From the human T2T-CHM13v2.0 reference genome, Homo sapiens, in assembly GCF_009914755.1 (NCBI RefSeq), contig NC_060934.1: a stretch of DNA of 64,000 nucleotides. One strand, 5' to 3'. The notes under the pieces are model-generated. The model did not search any database. It was not told where the DNA came from and saw only the letters and a program-made list of their open reading frames with translations. This document shows positions 40,271 through 53,720 of the stretch, piece after piece (the first letter of the stretch is position 1; each line of letters begins with the position of its first letter). Made by a program: the position numbers and the translations under genes.

Positions 40271-40633
40271 CTGGAATACTACCCAGCCATAAAAAAGAGT
40301 GAAATCATGTCTTTTGCAGTAACATGTATAGAACTGGAGGCCATTATCTCAAATGAAACGACCCAGAAACTGAAAGTCAAATACTGTGTATTCTCATTTA
40401 TAAGTGGGAGCTAAATAATGTGTAAACATGGACATAGAGTGTGGAATAACAGACGTTGGAGACTCAGAAAGGGGGGAGGTTGGGAGGGCAATGCGGGATG
40501 AGAAATTACCTAACAGTTACAATGTATACTAATCAAGTGATGATTACACCAAAAGCCCAGGCCTCATGACTATGAAATCTATCCAGGTAACAAAACTGCA
40601 CTTGTACACCCTAAATCTATAAAAATAAAAAAA
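40205..40633 (+). mobile_element. L1PB 3' end
   Basis: ggaatactacccagccataaaaaag...ggagactcagaaaggg...aacaaaactgcacttgtacaccctaaatctat plus A tail. Confidence 0.9.
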
Positions 40634-41919
40634 GGAAAAAGCTATAGAATGGAATAGTATACTGCAGTCATAATAAATGAATCTCAGCTAAATATAAAAA
40701 TCATTGTCCTTTTGCAGGTGCTTTGCTGGATTCAGGATGCAGACAAGGTCCACGCATTGTGGTTGGGTGAGGTGTCTTTTAGGTCTCTTTTAATCTGTAA
40801 TACTTCTCCCTCTCTTTTAAAAATGCATTTATTTGTTGAAAAAACTTGGTCATGGGTCATTTTTCTGTACAGTGGATTATGTTCTGGATTTAGCTAAATG
40901 CCCTCTTGTTGAAGATTTATCTTCCATGCTTCCTGCAGGTGGTTATATCCAATGCTTGATTAAACTCACATTTTTTTTTTTTGGCAAAGCCACTTTATAT
41001 GAATGCTGTGCATTTCCTGTTGTACCTTCATCACATCAGGAAGCAACAATGTCTGGCCTTCTTGCTTTCAATGTTGTTAAAATTGGTGAGTTCAGGTGTC
41101 ATGGACCTAGGAGTCACCAATCCTCTACATCTTTATTGACAATTTTCTCCAGAATTCAGAGTCAGTGGTGAGCATAATGGTTGGGAGTGATGGGTTGGAG
41201 TCAGACACTCTTCAGTTTGAGTAATAGTTCTGAAAGTCACTTGTCATGCCTGAGCTAGGTTGCTCAACCCCTCAGACCTTTCAGGGCTGACTCAGCTTTA
41301 GGAGTGGATACTCCATTTTGTGTGTGGGACTGTTGTTTGAGTGGGGTGAGTTGTGTGAGCTGGACTTTGGCCCAGTCTTGGCAGAGTGGTAGTTGTGATT
41401 TAGTGGCATTCGTTTCAAGCAGATGGAATTTGTTTAGATGACCCTAAAGGTCTTTCCAAATCTGACGTACTAGGATGAATTATCAGATGGCTCCTATAGT
41501 TGGGTTACCACATATTAACGGTAAATCTGGGGGTAGGAGAGCTCACCATTCAGTTGTAATAGTTCAATAGAGATGACAATTCTGCCAGATTTGGATCCTG
41601 TGGGCAGAGATGAGAGGTCTGTAAATTCACATTCACTCTTCAAATCCTGGTTTATAGCAGCCAGTCAAGTGTGTCACTAAGATGAAGATAGATTATAATG
41701 ACTACAATTTGGTAATTCATTTACTTTACTGAAATCAGTGCTCAGTCATGTTACAGGCGCGACTCCATCTGGTTCCCATCAATGACAGAGGGAGCATCAT
41801 GTTTGGACAGAGGGGCTGCATCTGTGTCTATGCAGGGAAAGCTGCATGGATTATCCAGCAAATCATGGTGTAGACCACCAGCTTGGCCAGTCCAGGTCCA
41901 AGCCAGCCGGGTGACTCTG

Positions 41920-42240
41920 TCTTGCTATTTATTCACTTCTACATTCGACAAGTACTGTGGACACCTGCTGTGTGCCAGGCACTGCTCGAGGTGCTAGGGG
42001 GAGATCAGGAAGCAAGAAAAAGTTTCCCTGCCCTCCTGGAGTTGATGCGTATTCCAACTGAGAAGTGGGGGTGTAGCCAACAAACAATGAACATAATCCC
42101 CAAATCATAGAGCAAGACATGGGTGATACAAATCATGGCAAAGAAAGCATTGTGCAGACTGAGGGGTTTCTTATTTCCTGAGAAGGACGTGGATTGCAAT
42201 TTAAGGTGGGATGGGGGTTGGTCCGATATGTGAGCCTGGC
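41920..42240 (-). mobile_element. L2 fragment
   Basis: cattcgacaagtactgtggacacctgctgtgtgccaggcactg...ccctgccctcctggag. Confidence 0.7.
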
Positions 42241-44019
42241 TAACAAGATCGGGCAGGAAGTAATGTCTCCTTCAGACCCCGCCTGCCCAGTAGACCACCC
42301 GCTTGGCACTGATCTGGGCCTTCGTGTAACCGCCGAGCACAGGAGGGCCATTGCTGCTTGGCATCACTGCCCTGGATGCCGGGATCACAGTGCTGCCCAT
42401 CCCTCTGCTGCCTCCTCTCTGTGTCCTGTCAGTGGTCCTGAGCTCCATTCCCTCAAGGGTCATCTTCAGGCCATGATTTGCATGTTGGCTCTCTTTGGGG
42501 CCCATGGTGCTTCATTTATTCCCAAAGGTGCCTTCTCCTCCCTATTCTGATCGAGACTAAAAGGCCTCCTGATCCCATTGCTTTGCCAGGACAATATTGC
42601 TTCCCAGGGAAGACTCTGCTGGCACATTTTAGGCATTTCTGGAAGAACACCATATCACCATCATCACCATCATCATCAGATCTTCCCCAAGTCCCATCTG
42701 GGAGGGTCTCATGGGAGCCACATGTGGACTTGGTTAGGGAGCTCTCCTGAGCCTGGACTGATGGCTGGCCCAGCCCAGGCTTTTGTTTGCCACAGGAAGA
42801 GAGCTTTGTGCAAACCCTTGTTTAACCTGGCCTTCCCTCTTTAGAAAGAGAATGTTCACCAGATGAATCATGCCTAACATGCTCACTGGAGCCAGAGGAC
42901 TTTGGCTCCCAGGCTGTTTACTGCAGCTGAGACTTTGTCCCGTAAGTGTTCTTAGGAAATGACAATGGACAGAAAATTGTCATTGTTTTTGCTGAAAAAA
43001 AAAAAAAGTTTGAATAGTTTCCCTGGCCCAGGCTGGTTGGTGGCAACCCCGGCCCCAGCATGCTCCTCAGCCGCCTGCTCTCCAGTGTGCCCTTGCCTGT
43101 CCACACTGCTCTGCAACCAGGTGCCCTGCTGTGCCCTTGCTCAGGGGCTGGCTGTGCACAACATGACACGTGGTATGTGTTGATGTCCGATGGGCTCACA
43201 TGGGCAGGGCTGTGCTGTGGCTGTGCTGGAGGCCCTCACCTGGTCTCTCTGCTGACTTCCTCCCACCACTGCCTGCCTTGGGTGGGAGGACACCCGGCCT
43301 TCCTGGTCATAGGCAGGGTGGACTTAGAGAGGCAGAGCGTGCTGCAGGCAGGGTCTGTGTTTGGGTTTTGGCAGCCTGGATGAAATCCCGGCTCTGCCAC
43401 CTGCCAGCTGTGTGTGAGTGGCCAGGTCCCTTGACCCATCCTGAGTTACAGTGCCCACTTGGCTCTGTTTCTGGACCTCAGATATGGCTCTTTCGGTCTC
43501 TCTCCTCTTTGTAACATTAGAGTCAATCTCTAAGACATCATGGAGTTGCCATTGAGCTTGCCTTCCCGCCTGCACAAGCAGGTCCTGAGGCAGCTTCCTG
43601 CAGCCTCGCACACCCTGCCGCATCTTCAGGGCTTGGAGGCCTCTGTGTCTGACTCTGGCTCAAATGTAATTGCAGCTCTAGAGGAAGCGACCCACACCAC
43701 AGGGAAGTGAGGAGGGTGGGGGTTGTGTCCAGATGTGCCCACAGCAGGGGCCAGGAGAGCCACCATGGCAGCAGCGACAGAGCCAGGGAAAAATGCCATC
43801 CTATGATACGCAGTCTTTAACCCAAATGATGTTTCTGCAGAAACTTTTTGCATTTGCTACTTTGACAGATGGACAATGTTTCAGTTCTTAATTAGCATGT
43901 TGGGTAATTACTGCTATTAATCTTGTCCTTTTTTCCATGTTCATTGGCCACTTTGACTTTTCTATACCCATCTTCCTTATTGAAAAACACGATAGGAAAC
44001 TTTTAGTTATTAGCTAAAT

Positions 44020-44215
44020 TATGAAGACCTAATAATGCATGGCATTATATCCTTGAAATTTGCTAATAGATTTCAAGTATTCTTATAAAAATGTGATGGA
44101 TATGGTGATTAGCTTGTTCCTGGTAATCTCACAATGCATATATCAAAACATGACCTTGTACACCTTAAATACTCAATTTTTATTTGTTAGTTATACTTCA
44201 ATAAAGCTCGGAAAA
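44020..44215 (+). mobile_element. L1MA9/MA10/MB-like 3' end
   Basis: ttgaaatttgctaatagatttcaagtattct...gtacaccttaaat...ttatacttcaataaagct. Confidence 0.8.
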
Positions 44216-44479
44216 CACACACACGCATATTCACACACATAAAGAGTAGCAGCCAAAACAGATAACTGAAGAATTCCCTTGGCAGCCTGCGCTGAGCCCC
44301 GGGGCTGTTCGTGCTCCCAGCCCTCTTTCTATCCTCACATGGTGTGGTCCTGAGCTGCTTCTCCTCTGCCCTCCTCCTCTGTCTCCATCCCTTTCCATTT
44401 GGCTCCTACTCCTACACACGAGTGGAAACTGTGCACTCCAAACCCAGGGGACTGCAGGAACCTTGTCCTGCATCTCCCC

Positions 44480-46450
44480 CTAAACCCATGGTGGGAGCAG
44501 TCTCTCTGCCCTTCTCTGCAGGGGCTCCATTCCTCATCCATCCTTTTCTCCGTCTCTCCTGGTCACTCCTGCTGTCCACTGTCCTTTCCTCCTGGGCTCT
44601 GTGTTTCCACAGCCCCTCTGTGCATTCCGCACATGTCCTCTGAGTGGACTCTGCAGTCCCTGCCGGCCCCACACTGACTTGCCCTGTGTCCTGAGCACAG
44701 GTCTGCAGGTAACAGTGACTGATGGGTGTCTCCACATTGTGACATTCTGCTGGAACCTGAAACAGCTGCCCTTGACAACAGCTCAGCACAGAATCCCTGG
44801 CCATCCAGCTATGACAGGGACATGGATCCTGCTTCTTCTTCCCGCCAGTCTCTTAGTTGTCTATGCCTTCACCCTGTAGTGGCCCATTCAGCCACTAAGT
44901 CCAGCTGCTCTCCTTTCCGTGTCTGTGGAGTCACCCCTTAATTCAGTTCCTGCGAGCTCAGTGGCCATGATTTGATCATTCCTGTCAATTCCTGGACTGC
45001 TCCAGCCTTGTCCTACACTGCCTTATTTCTTACAAAATGGCAGTATAAACATGGAGAATGGAATTCCTAGCTTTGTTTCTCTCCTTTTAAGCCACCATGA
45101 TCTTCTCTGAGCACAGCTCCAATCCTACTTCTCACATATTCAAAAGGGTTAACATTTCCTCGCTCACCCCAATTGTTTTCACATGCAACCCAATGTCCCT
45201 ACAGTCTGTCGCCTATTGACTTTTCAGCATTTTCGGGATGATCTCTTAGTACAGCCCTTGGAGTTCTCTTGTTGTCTCTCTTTTCCAGGGTCTCAGCAGC
45301 TTTTGTCATTGCTAACGGTTTCTTCCTCCTGACACACCATCTTGGCCTCCAGGTCCCATTCTCTCCTGGTTCCCCTGCGCACTGCTCATGGCTATTGTCT
45401 ATGGGGGGCAATTGTGGCTCGGTCCTAGCTGTCACTCTTTCTCATGTGGAGCTCTCCTCTGGCCACCTCATTCAGGAGCTTGGCTTCGTGAGCTCCTGTG
45501 TGCAGCTGACATAGAAATCTCCTTCTAGAACTTTCTTCACAGCTCCAGAAACACACAGACAATCACCTTCCTGAAGCTCCCATGTAGATGGCACCTGCGT
45601 CTTGACATAATAAAAACAGAATCTGAATCTGGAGCCCTAAGTCACACCTTGTTCCCATGCTCCTCCTGTTAGGATATTGCCTTGGAGACAGCAAACCCTC
45701 ATCTACCCCAAATGCAGTCTGTCCCCGCTGATTCTGCCTGTCAGGTGTTCTCAGACACATTCACCTTTATCCACAGCCAGCGTCTCAGTTGGAGCTGCAG
45801 CAGCTCTCTCGAGACTGCATGGTGGAAATGGCCAGGATGCCTCTCTGCACTGGTCCTGTAACTTGCAAGCCTCCCCCTGCACTGCATCTGGCCGGCATGG
45901 CCTTTTTCAAAGCTTCACTGTGCTGCTGTCCTGCCTAAAATCCTTCAGTGGCTCTACATGCTTCACATCCTTTTTTTTTTTTCATTTTTTTGCAGAACAA
46001 TGACTAGATCTTTACCTGGTCCACAGCCCTCCCCAGTCTGGCTGCAACCTCTCATGAGGCTGAGCTCACCATGAACCCCTGCTCTAGGCGTCTGCATAGT
46101 GCTCTGTTTGTCCCCGTGACTGTCCACCTCTTCTTTGGCCTGTTGGCATGCGCTTATCCTCCAGACCTCAGTCCAAAGGTGAGCTCCTCACAGAAGCTTT
46201 GCCGGCGTCCCCAGGGGCTGGGGCGGGGGCAAGGGCAGGGGCAGGGGCAGGGGCATGTTCTTTCCTTTGAGGCACCTCCCACAGTGTTCATTTGCATGAC
46301 TTGTGTGATTATTTGGTGGATGAAAGTTTTCCGAGTGCTTGTGGGGGTCATGCCTCTTTCTCCTGAACCACTAGTTGAGAGAATACCCTTCCCTTCTTCC
46401 AGCACAGCTTTGACATCACATAGGCACCATTTGGTGGTCTTCACAAGTCA
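44480..46450 (+). mobile_element. L2 (two segments) including an RT remnant
   Basis: ORF 45269-45514 VSAAFVIANGFFLLTHHLGL echoes L2 RT LDLSAAFDTVDHSLLL..LG; 3' L2 motifs (cctgcctaaaatccttcagtggct; agttgtc-like/aggcaccatttgg). Confidence 0.7.
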
Positions 46451-48872
46451 CTGGGCTTTGATAAACACCCTTCACCATAAGGAAAATGAGTCGGATGACT
46501 TAAGGATCACCCCAAATCAGGCATAAAATCTGGATTCTTCTGGTCGCAGGCCAGCAGGTCTTGGTGCCTTCGGATCCTTAGAGTGTCCTAATTTGGCTAC
46601 AGTTTTCTGTCTGCAGAAAGGCTCCCAAAGGGAAGACGCCAGGCTGGAACGAGAGTGACTCATCCCGGGCCCTCATCGTGCCTGATTCACCCAGAGGAAG
46701 CTTTGTGTGGACACAGCTACCCTCTGGAGATATTTCAGGCCTTTGGGAACAGAGTAGGGTTCCTGCCTTTGTAACGAGCAAGTTCTTGGCTCCCTTCCGC
46801 CCTGTTTGCCACCTTCCCTCTATTTCTGTGGTTTCCTTATTTGCCAGTTCCTGGGCCTGGTGGACCCCACCACGACTTCTTTTTGTGAGTCCGTTCTGTC
46901 CTGCATCCCTACCACAGCTGTACCTGGCCCCAGACTCCCTCCTCCTAGCTGGCGGGCGGGTGGGCAGGGTTCCTCCCCTAACCCATCAGGGCCTCATCTC
47001 TGGAGGCAATTACTGCCTGGCCTGTGAAAATATATAAGGAGACTTGAAGAGGTATCATGTTACATCCTTCATATTTTGCCAGCAATAAATCTAGCTCTTT
47101 CCTCTTGGGTGGACTCTCAACTCTAAATTAAGAGTCTATTTCTAAGGAGGAAGATTTCATAGGCCCCGAGGTTCTGTATGGCCTGCTCACATTTCAAGGG
47201 TTGACCTAAAAGCTGGAGGCTTTCAGAATCGCAGGAAGTCATGCCCAGAGATCTGTGGCTTTAGGATCCATGTCCCACTCACAGCCCTCCTGCTTCTCCT
47301 GTACTTCCCGCCAGCTCGGACCTCAGGACCTCTCTGGTTTCCACCCTGTGCTCTGGCCTTGGCTGTCCGACCTCACCCAAGCCTGGATTCTGCTTTTCTC
47401 TTCAAATCTTCCATAATCTTTCCTGGGAACACATCGCAGGCCTAGCAGGGCTTGCTGAGGGAGCAGCTTCCTCGGCTGCCTTGAAATCTGCATTTTTATC
47501 TCTTCCTGGTGAGTCTTATGCCCAGTAAGATTCAAAAATGTTTTTCTACATGCTAAGTTTTGGGGATCTGAGCTCCATTCCCCAAAGCCCTGGCTTTAGC
47601 TTGCTTCTTATTTCAAACTCTATCCTTGTGGGTGGTTCCCCATTACCTATCTGCAAAATAGTCCTAAATGCAGCCTGGGAGTAGCCCACCTCTGCCCCTC
47701 TGCCACAAGCCTCCTCCCAGGTAGCCCTGCTGGCCTGGCCTGGAGAGTCCTGCCTTGCTGGCCACCCCTTGGTGGCTTGGTGTTGCTGGAGAGGAATTTT
47801 TTAGGTAGCTCATAAAAAGAGATGTTGTCTGGAGTGTGCCTAAAGTCCTAATGAGAAGACAGAGACAGCATATGGCTGACATGGAGCTGTGGGGGGAGGC
47901 GTCAGAGGTAGGCGTCCGGCAGAGGGAAGAGGCAGTGGGCCAAGGGGGTGGCTCAGAGCAGACAGGGCAGGCTGGCAAGTGTGGTTGGTGTGGTCTGGTG
48001 TCCTTGTCCCAGAGTCAGAGCCTGGCACCCCGGCAAGGCGGCACCTTAGGGCCCTGTCTGGCCAGAGTTGACCTGTCCACACCTGCCCCCACCCGGCCTC
48101 CTCCATGGCTTCAGGCTAGAAGGAAGCAGAGTTACATCTCAGGCCCTGGAGGGGCTGTCTGGCTGGAATGAGACAGATAGGCTGTGGGGGTGGATGCTCA
48201 GCGGCATCCCCTCCCTGTTCTGTTCATCGAGTCAGGGGACCTGCAGCTGAGGATGCCCTTAGGTAGGCCAGGCAGAGACTCCAGTCCCTGACCAGCCATT
48301 CTTGTGCCTCTCCTTGGACATTAGCCAGCTCAGAGCCCTGGGTTTGAGGGGAGGTCTCCTGGGAGCTTGTTCTCCTTGGAGGAGGCCCCATTGTGAGCCT
48401 CTCTCCTCAGGGACCACAGAGCCTGGGTGGTGGCTCTGGTGGAGAGTACCAATTCAAGGGGCCAGGAAGTAGCATGTGTTGGAGCCTTCCCATTTGAGGA
48501 CACAGAGTCACCCTATTTTGTTTGTTTCATGGATGGAGTGTCTGGAGACCCAGCATTTCAGAGCACAGGGCACAGACCTCTCCCTGAGTCAGGTGGAGCC
48601 CGGGACAGCGCTCCTGGGATGACAGGTGGAGAGTGCAGAAGCCCACCCGGAGCCACAGTGGCTGAGGAAACTGGGTTTTGTACAGGCACAGCTCCAGAAT
48701 GGCTTTCTGGTGTGTGTGGGAGGAGGAGGTGAAGGAGTGGGGGGCTCACTTTGGCTCACCTCTGCAGGAGGCTCAGCTGGCTCCTGGCTGGTATTACTGG
48801 GACACAGGCAAGGAGCACTGCCATCAATTACTGTGCTTGCTCAGCCACCTTCTACTCTCTGTAAGGACAAGG

Positions 48873-49306
48873 CCCTTGGTGATCACACTCGGATGGGCAT
48901 CAGACTCACCCAGGAGCTCTGAGAAATCCCCGGGCCCGGGTCCCACCCACTTCAAGGAACCTGGGGCTCTATGGTCCTTATGATCCTCCCAGGTGACTTG
49001 GACATACATCAAAGTCTGAGAACCACTGGCTGGACGACACAGAGTGTGTGGGGACAGGATGGTTCTTGTGCGGATAGAATTGCTATCAGGCTAGCTGGAG
49101 GAGCCGTGGACTCCAGTCTCTGTAAGGCCTGACCCAGAATTTTCCACCCCGGCTGCCTCTTAAAATCAGCTGAGGAGTTCAAAGAATAAAGATGCCTGAC
49201 CCCTCCCCAGATATTCTGCTTTCATTGGTCTGTGGTGGGGCCAGGCCTCAGTACTGCTGAATCTCTCTAGGTCTTTTTAATGCGCCGTCCTGGATCATGA
49301 AAACTC
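48873..49306. mobile_element. Two MER5A-family elements (about 48873-49028 and 49133-49306)
   Basis: catcagactcacccaggagct...ctcccaggtgact...aaagtctgagaaccactg; taaaatcagctgaggag...attggtctgtggtgggg. Confidence 0.75.
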
Positions 49307-49535
49307 TACACCCACATGGACACTCATTTTTATGTTGGTTTTAGACTGTCTTTGCTCACAGGGGATGCTTGGAAAGGCTACTCCATAGATTGCTAAGCCC
49401 ACATTTTGAGACTGAGAACCAGAAATCTTGGGGATGGTGACCATGCTCCACCCACATGCATTGGAGGAAGGGTCTGTCATGGTTGGAATAGGATGTTTCT
49501 TACCTATTGGATTTTACTTTCAGGTCAATGCCATT

Positions 49536-49537
<2 letters not shown>

Positions 49538-49575
<38 letters not shown>
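49538..49575. repeat. (AC)19 microsatellite
   Basis: Perfect dinucleotide run followed by gcgc. Confidence 0.97.
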
Positions 49576-49577
<2 letters not shown>

Positions 49578-50733
49578 GCCAGACAGCGAGGCCAATTTGC
49601 ATAAAGGGACTAACTTCTACAGAGCCTTGTCAAAGGGCTGAGAACATGCACCTGCCTCAGGGGGAGGGTGGTGGGTGGGTGGGGTGGCTTGACTCATTTT
49701 GTTTTTGTCACCCTCTTACTTGAGGGGTGACTGCCTCCCCAGGTCTATGCCTGGGGAAGATGCAGTTGGGAGCCACGGTCACAGAGAGCTGCTGTTGTCA
49801 GAAACAATCCTCAGGCCTCTGCAAACTGTTATTGTGCATGTTCATTCCCAAGGGCTCAGCCTCTGAGGAGTCGTAGGAGAACAAAGGCAGCAGTGCTTGC
49901 CATGTGAGGCAAACGTGCTTCTAGACCACAGAGGATGGGCGCTCCGCGGGGGCCGCCTGGAGCTGCCAACTGCCCGGCCCCGCTGGAGACTTGGGGCTCT
50001 GCACATGTGGCTGGCCTGCCCTGACCTGCCCCTGGGGCCACGCCCTCAGCATTTCCACTCAAGTGGACTCCCTTCCTTTACTGGTCTCAGAGTTGAGAGG
50101 AGAGTGCAAGGCTGACCGGAGAGCAGGAGGACAACATCCCAAGGTCACCTAGTGCCAGGGAGGGCTGTGCCTCAGGGCAGGGTGGACACAGAGCCCTACA
50201 TCGGCCAAGCCCGCAGAGGGATGCCCATGAGCGAAGTTCTTCTCACATGGCCTTATCTTTTCACACACAGGTCCTGTGGGGACATCGCGATTTCCATAAA
50301 TGACAGCTCAGGAGGATGGGAGAGTAGAGTTCGACTTTGACTTAGCTTAAAATAATTAAATAAATCAAACACACCAAATACACACAAAAAACGTGCACTT
50401 GCCCCAAACTGTCCCCATTTCTGAGATGTTGTTGGATGGTGCAGGCTGCCTGGCAGAATATGACATGGTGACAAGGGTTGCCCTGGGGAAATCCAAGCCA
50501 TACCAGCTTTCCACCTGGACCCTGTCTCAGCATTCACTGCCCCTGGGACAGTGGCTGGAGTACATGGGCAGCGGCCAGGGCACCTGACTTCCCTGGGCTC
50601 TGCTGCCTCCACATTTGTAGCCTCAGAGCAGAGAACTGCCTGCCTTCTGCCCCACCCTGCCGGGAGGGCTGCAGCCGAGACAGCTGCTGAGCGTCACCAT
50701 GTGCTCCCTTCCCAGACCACCAATGGGGAGAGC

Positions 50734-51340
50734 TTTTTTTTTTTTCTTTTTTTTTTAAAATGATACCATTTATTTTTCATTAAAGCAAGAAACCATGTCA
50801 TTATAACAATCTGCTACTGAGAATGGTTCTCACAAAGGTATGATCCAGTAAATATTTTCTCCTGAAACAATAATATGTATTGAATAAATATAGAATGAAG
50901 TTTAATTTATGTTAGATTTTTGTAAAGTTTATATCTCTTCAAATCCACATGTGGCCATGATATTACTATAGAATCTCAAATCATTAAGAAAAAATTATGA
51001 ACTCCATTTATGTAAGCAGATTCTAATGCAGTCCAACTTGTTTTGTTAAAGTCATATTTGATATAGAAAGAAGGCTATTGTCAGGGTTCATCACCCACCT
51101 ACTCTTTAAAGGCAAATATTACTCAAATATTAATGTTCTCCACCAGGTAGACTTAAGAAGAACACAAATGCAGAGTCTTTAATTTCAATATTCAATATCA
51201 ATTATCTTATTTCGTGAATTTAAATCAATAATGGTTTAATTTAAGCATTCTCTTTTTGCTATTTTAGTATAAACATGACCATTGTTGCTTCTGAACATTT
51301 CTTGGCCAGAGAATGAATCCCTTTGTTTCTCGACTTACAG
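50734..51340 (-). other. Putative retroposed non-TE sequence (3' UTR retrocopy or orphan transduction)
   Basis: T12-C-T10 tail at 50734-50756; AATAAA on - at 50769-50774; abrupt shift from GC-rich to AT-rich; no TE consensus recognised. Right boundary uncertain. Confidence 0.55.
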
Positions 51341-53289
51341 CTCTCCCAAGCTGCTATATTCCAAATTAAAAAGGAAGGATTTTAAAACAGGATTCCAAAG
51401 AAACTCTATGCTTTTTTAAAAATTTGAGTAATTGCTAATAAGATTAGAAGAGTCAACAGTTAGACCTGAGACCAAACTGGACTGAGGCTGATTTGAGCTC
51501 AATTTGGATATTTTAGGCTCACACATGGCATCCCCAGCCTGGTGAGGGGTGAACTGCCGTTTCCCACAAACGCATCCTCAGAGGTAGAAGCTATAATCAG
51601 GTCACTCAGCAAATGTCCAGCACCTCCTTGGCGCCAGGCACACTCTCTGGGTCCTGGGGCTGTGGCCTTGAAGGAGAGTACTGGCTCCCTGGCATCTCAG
51701 TGCCTGGAGAACTGCGCAGGAGGCAGAGAGTGCAAACACGGAGTGGGTGAGTCGTGGTAGGGCAGGTGAGGGTGTAAAGGAAGCAAGCAGTGTGCAGCCA
51801 CAGAGGAGCAGACAAGGACTTGTTTAGACAGGGCCATCAAAAAGACCTTGTTGAGGATGTGGGCCTGGAACCAGTTATAACTATAAATCCTGAGTTTGAA
51901 ATCCCAGAGCTGAAAGTAGCCTCAGAAGTCATAGGGTATAACTATGCTGTGGTCACAGATGCAGAGATGTGCAGGACCAGAACAGAACTTCCTGTGGGTA
52001 GAGGCAGAGCCATGGCCAGGACCCAGGAGACTGGGCTCCCAGTGCCATCCTGCCTTTTTCAGGGGGACTCTTATATGGGTTCTACTGTATAAGGTAGATT
52101 CTGAGACCTAAGGGCCTTTCTAGTTCCTAGATAGTAGAATTCAGAAACCGAGAGGGAGGGGGCATTTGCCACACGTGGCTGTTGAGGCAGAAAAGTCAAA
52201 TTCACCAGGTCACAAATCCTGTTGTAGACTGATTTTTGTGAATTGACAAATTACATTGACTCCAAGTCAGATGGATATCAAACCATCCTGACTTTCTACT
52301 GCATTGACTCAACCAAGAAATTAGCTCACCTTCTGAGAAGTGGGAAGAGGCCTGCCAGAGGTTTATAGAAACCTTCCAAGGAGCCGCTTTGCTAAGGGTG
52401 AGCTTGGCACTCCTTGCCTTGCCAGAACCTTCCCTCTGAAGAGCGCATTCCTGGAGAGAAGCCCTTGCTTTTGGTTCTCAGCCTCAAGAGTAGGTGCTTT
52501 CCTCTGAGCCTGGAGTCTTATCTTCGCCAATAAGGCCACTCACGGAGGCTTGGAGGTTGTGTGGATGAGGCCAGGAGAGGAGGATCTGGCTGGAGCAGCT
52601 GGGGCAGAGAGAGCTCCTACCATCCAGGAGCTCCAGCCCCAGGAATGATAGAGTGAAGGGTGAGAGGCAGCGAAAGGACCCCAGCCATCTTAGCTGAACT
52701 GCGCCGAGGCTTCCTGCAGAACCGGGCTCCTCTTGCTAACCTTGGGCTCCTTCCCATGTGTTCAAGGCTCTCCCTGGAGTCACATCATCCAGTTATGTGG
52801 CACTTGCAGGGCTGAGCTCAGATCTGGAGTCTGCAGAGTTCAGGAGGCCCTCACATGGGGTAGAGTCTAGACATGGCCTGGGGGACAGCTCACACACGAG
52901 GCACATTTGACCTGGAGAAGAGACCACCTAGAGGGGAGGAGGCTGGTCCAGTGCTGGGAGGACAGTCCTATGGAGCATCAGGAAATTCAGCAGATGAGTT
53001 TTACATCTGTTTTTTCCAACTGCAGTTCAGTCCCGGAGCAGACACAACCCTGTTTGCAGAGAGCCAACATTCTAATTGACAGTGCGTGGTGGGAAACAGT
53101 GAACCGAGGGAAAGAGTGCCAGTGTTAGAGAGCCACAGTGCAGTGAAGAAGAGAAGGCAAGAGGATGTGATGCAAAATCACAGGACCTGGCTTCCAGACC
53201 ATTCTGCTTCCATGAGAACATTTCAGTTGAGAACCGGATGGCATGAAAGTAAGCCAGAAGACACCAGGCAGGGAAAGACTGGTCTCTAG

Positions 53290-53720
53290 GTGCGAATGAG
53301 GTTGGAGCATTTGGGACTGCAAAGAATGTGGAGCGTGGTGAATGAGATGGCCCTTTGTATCAGATGCATGCATGAGTGGCTGGGGTCATGTGTGTGCTTC
53401 AGTAGAGGGTACCACGGGGACACTAAGAAATCTGGGTTTCTTTCTGAGGGCCTGGGAAGCCACCAGAAAGCATTGAGTAGGGAGTGGTGGATTGATTTAT
53501 GTGTTTATGAAATCATGCTGGGTGCTGGGTGGTGCATGCTTATTGGGACAGAGAGCAAGGTTGGAATTGCGGAGACCACAGCTAAGAGCCAGTTGCAGAG
53601 CCAGGCTCATTGTGATTCAACCTGGGAGGCATTGGGGATGAAAGCGATGAGGCCAGTGAGGATGTATTTCTACATATAATATGGATTAGGTAGATGGGTT
53701 TATACGTAATGTAGATTAGA
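53290..53720 (-). mobile_element. L2 fragment
   Basis: ctgggtttctttctgagggcctgggaagccaccagaaagcattgagtagggagtgg. Confidence 0.65.

Larger units (their letters stand above)
39901..41150 (-). mobile_element. Ancient L1MC/ME 3' fragment interrupted by L1PB
   Basis: ttatggaaaatcttaagcatatgtagaagtaga...ctggagtattttgaagcaaat; resumes after about 40700. Confidence 0.6.

Noticed and set aside
40718-41085. Two exon-like segments (40718-40766 and 40939-41085)
   Set aside because: They lie in antisense L1M, where pseudo-splice sites are common; no independent support.
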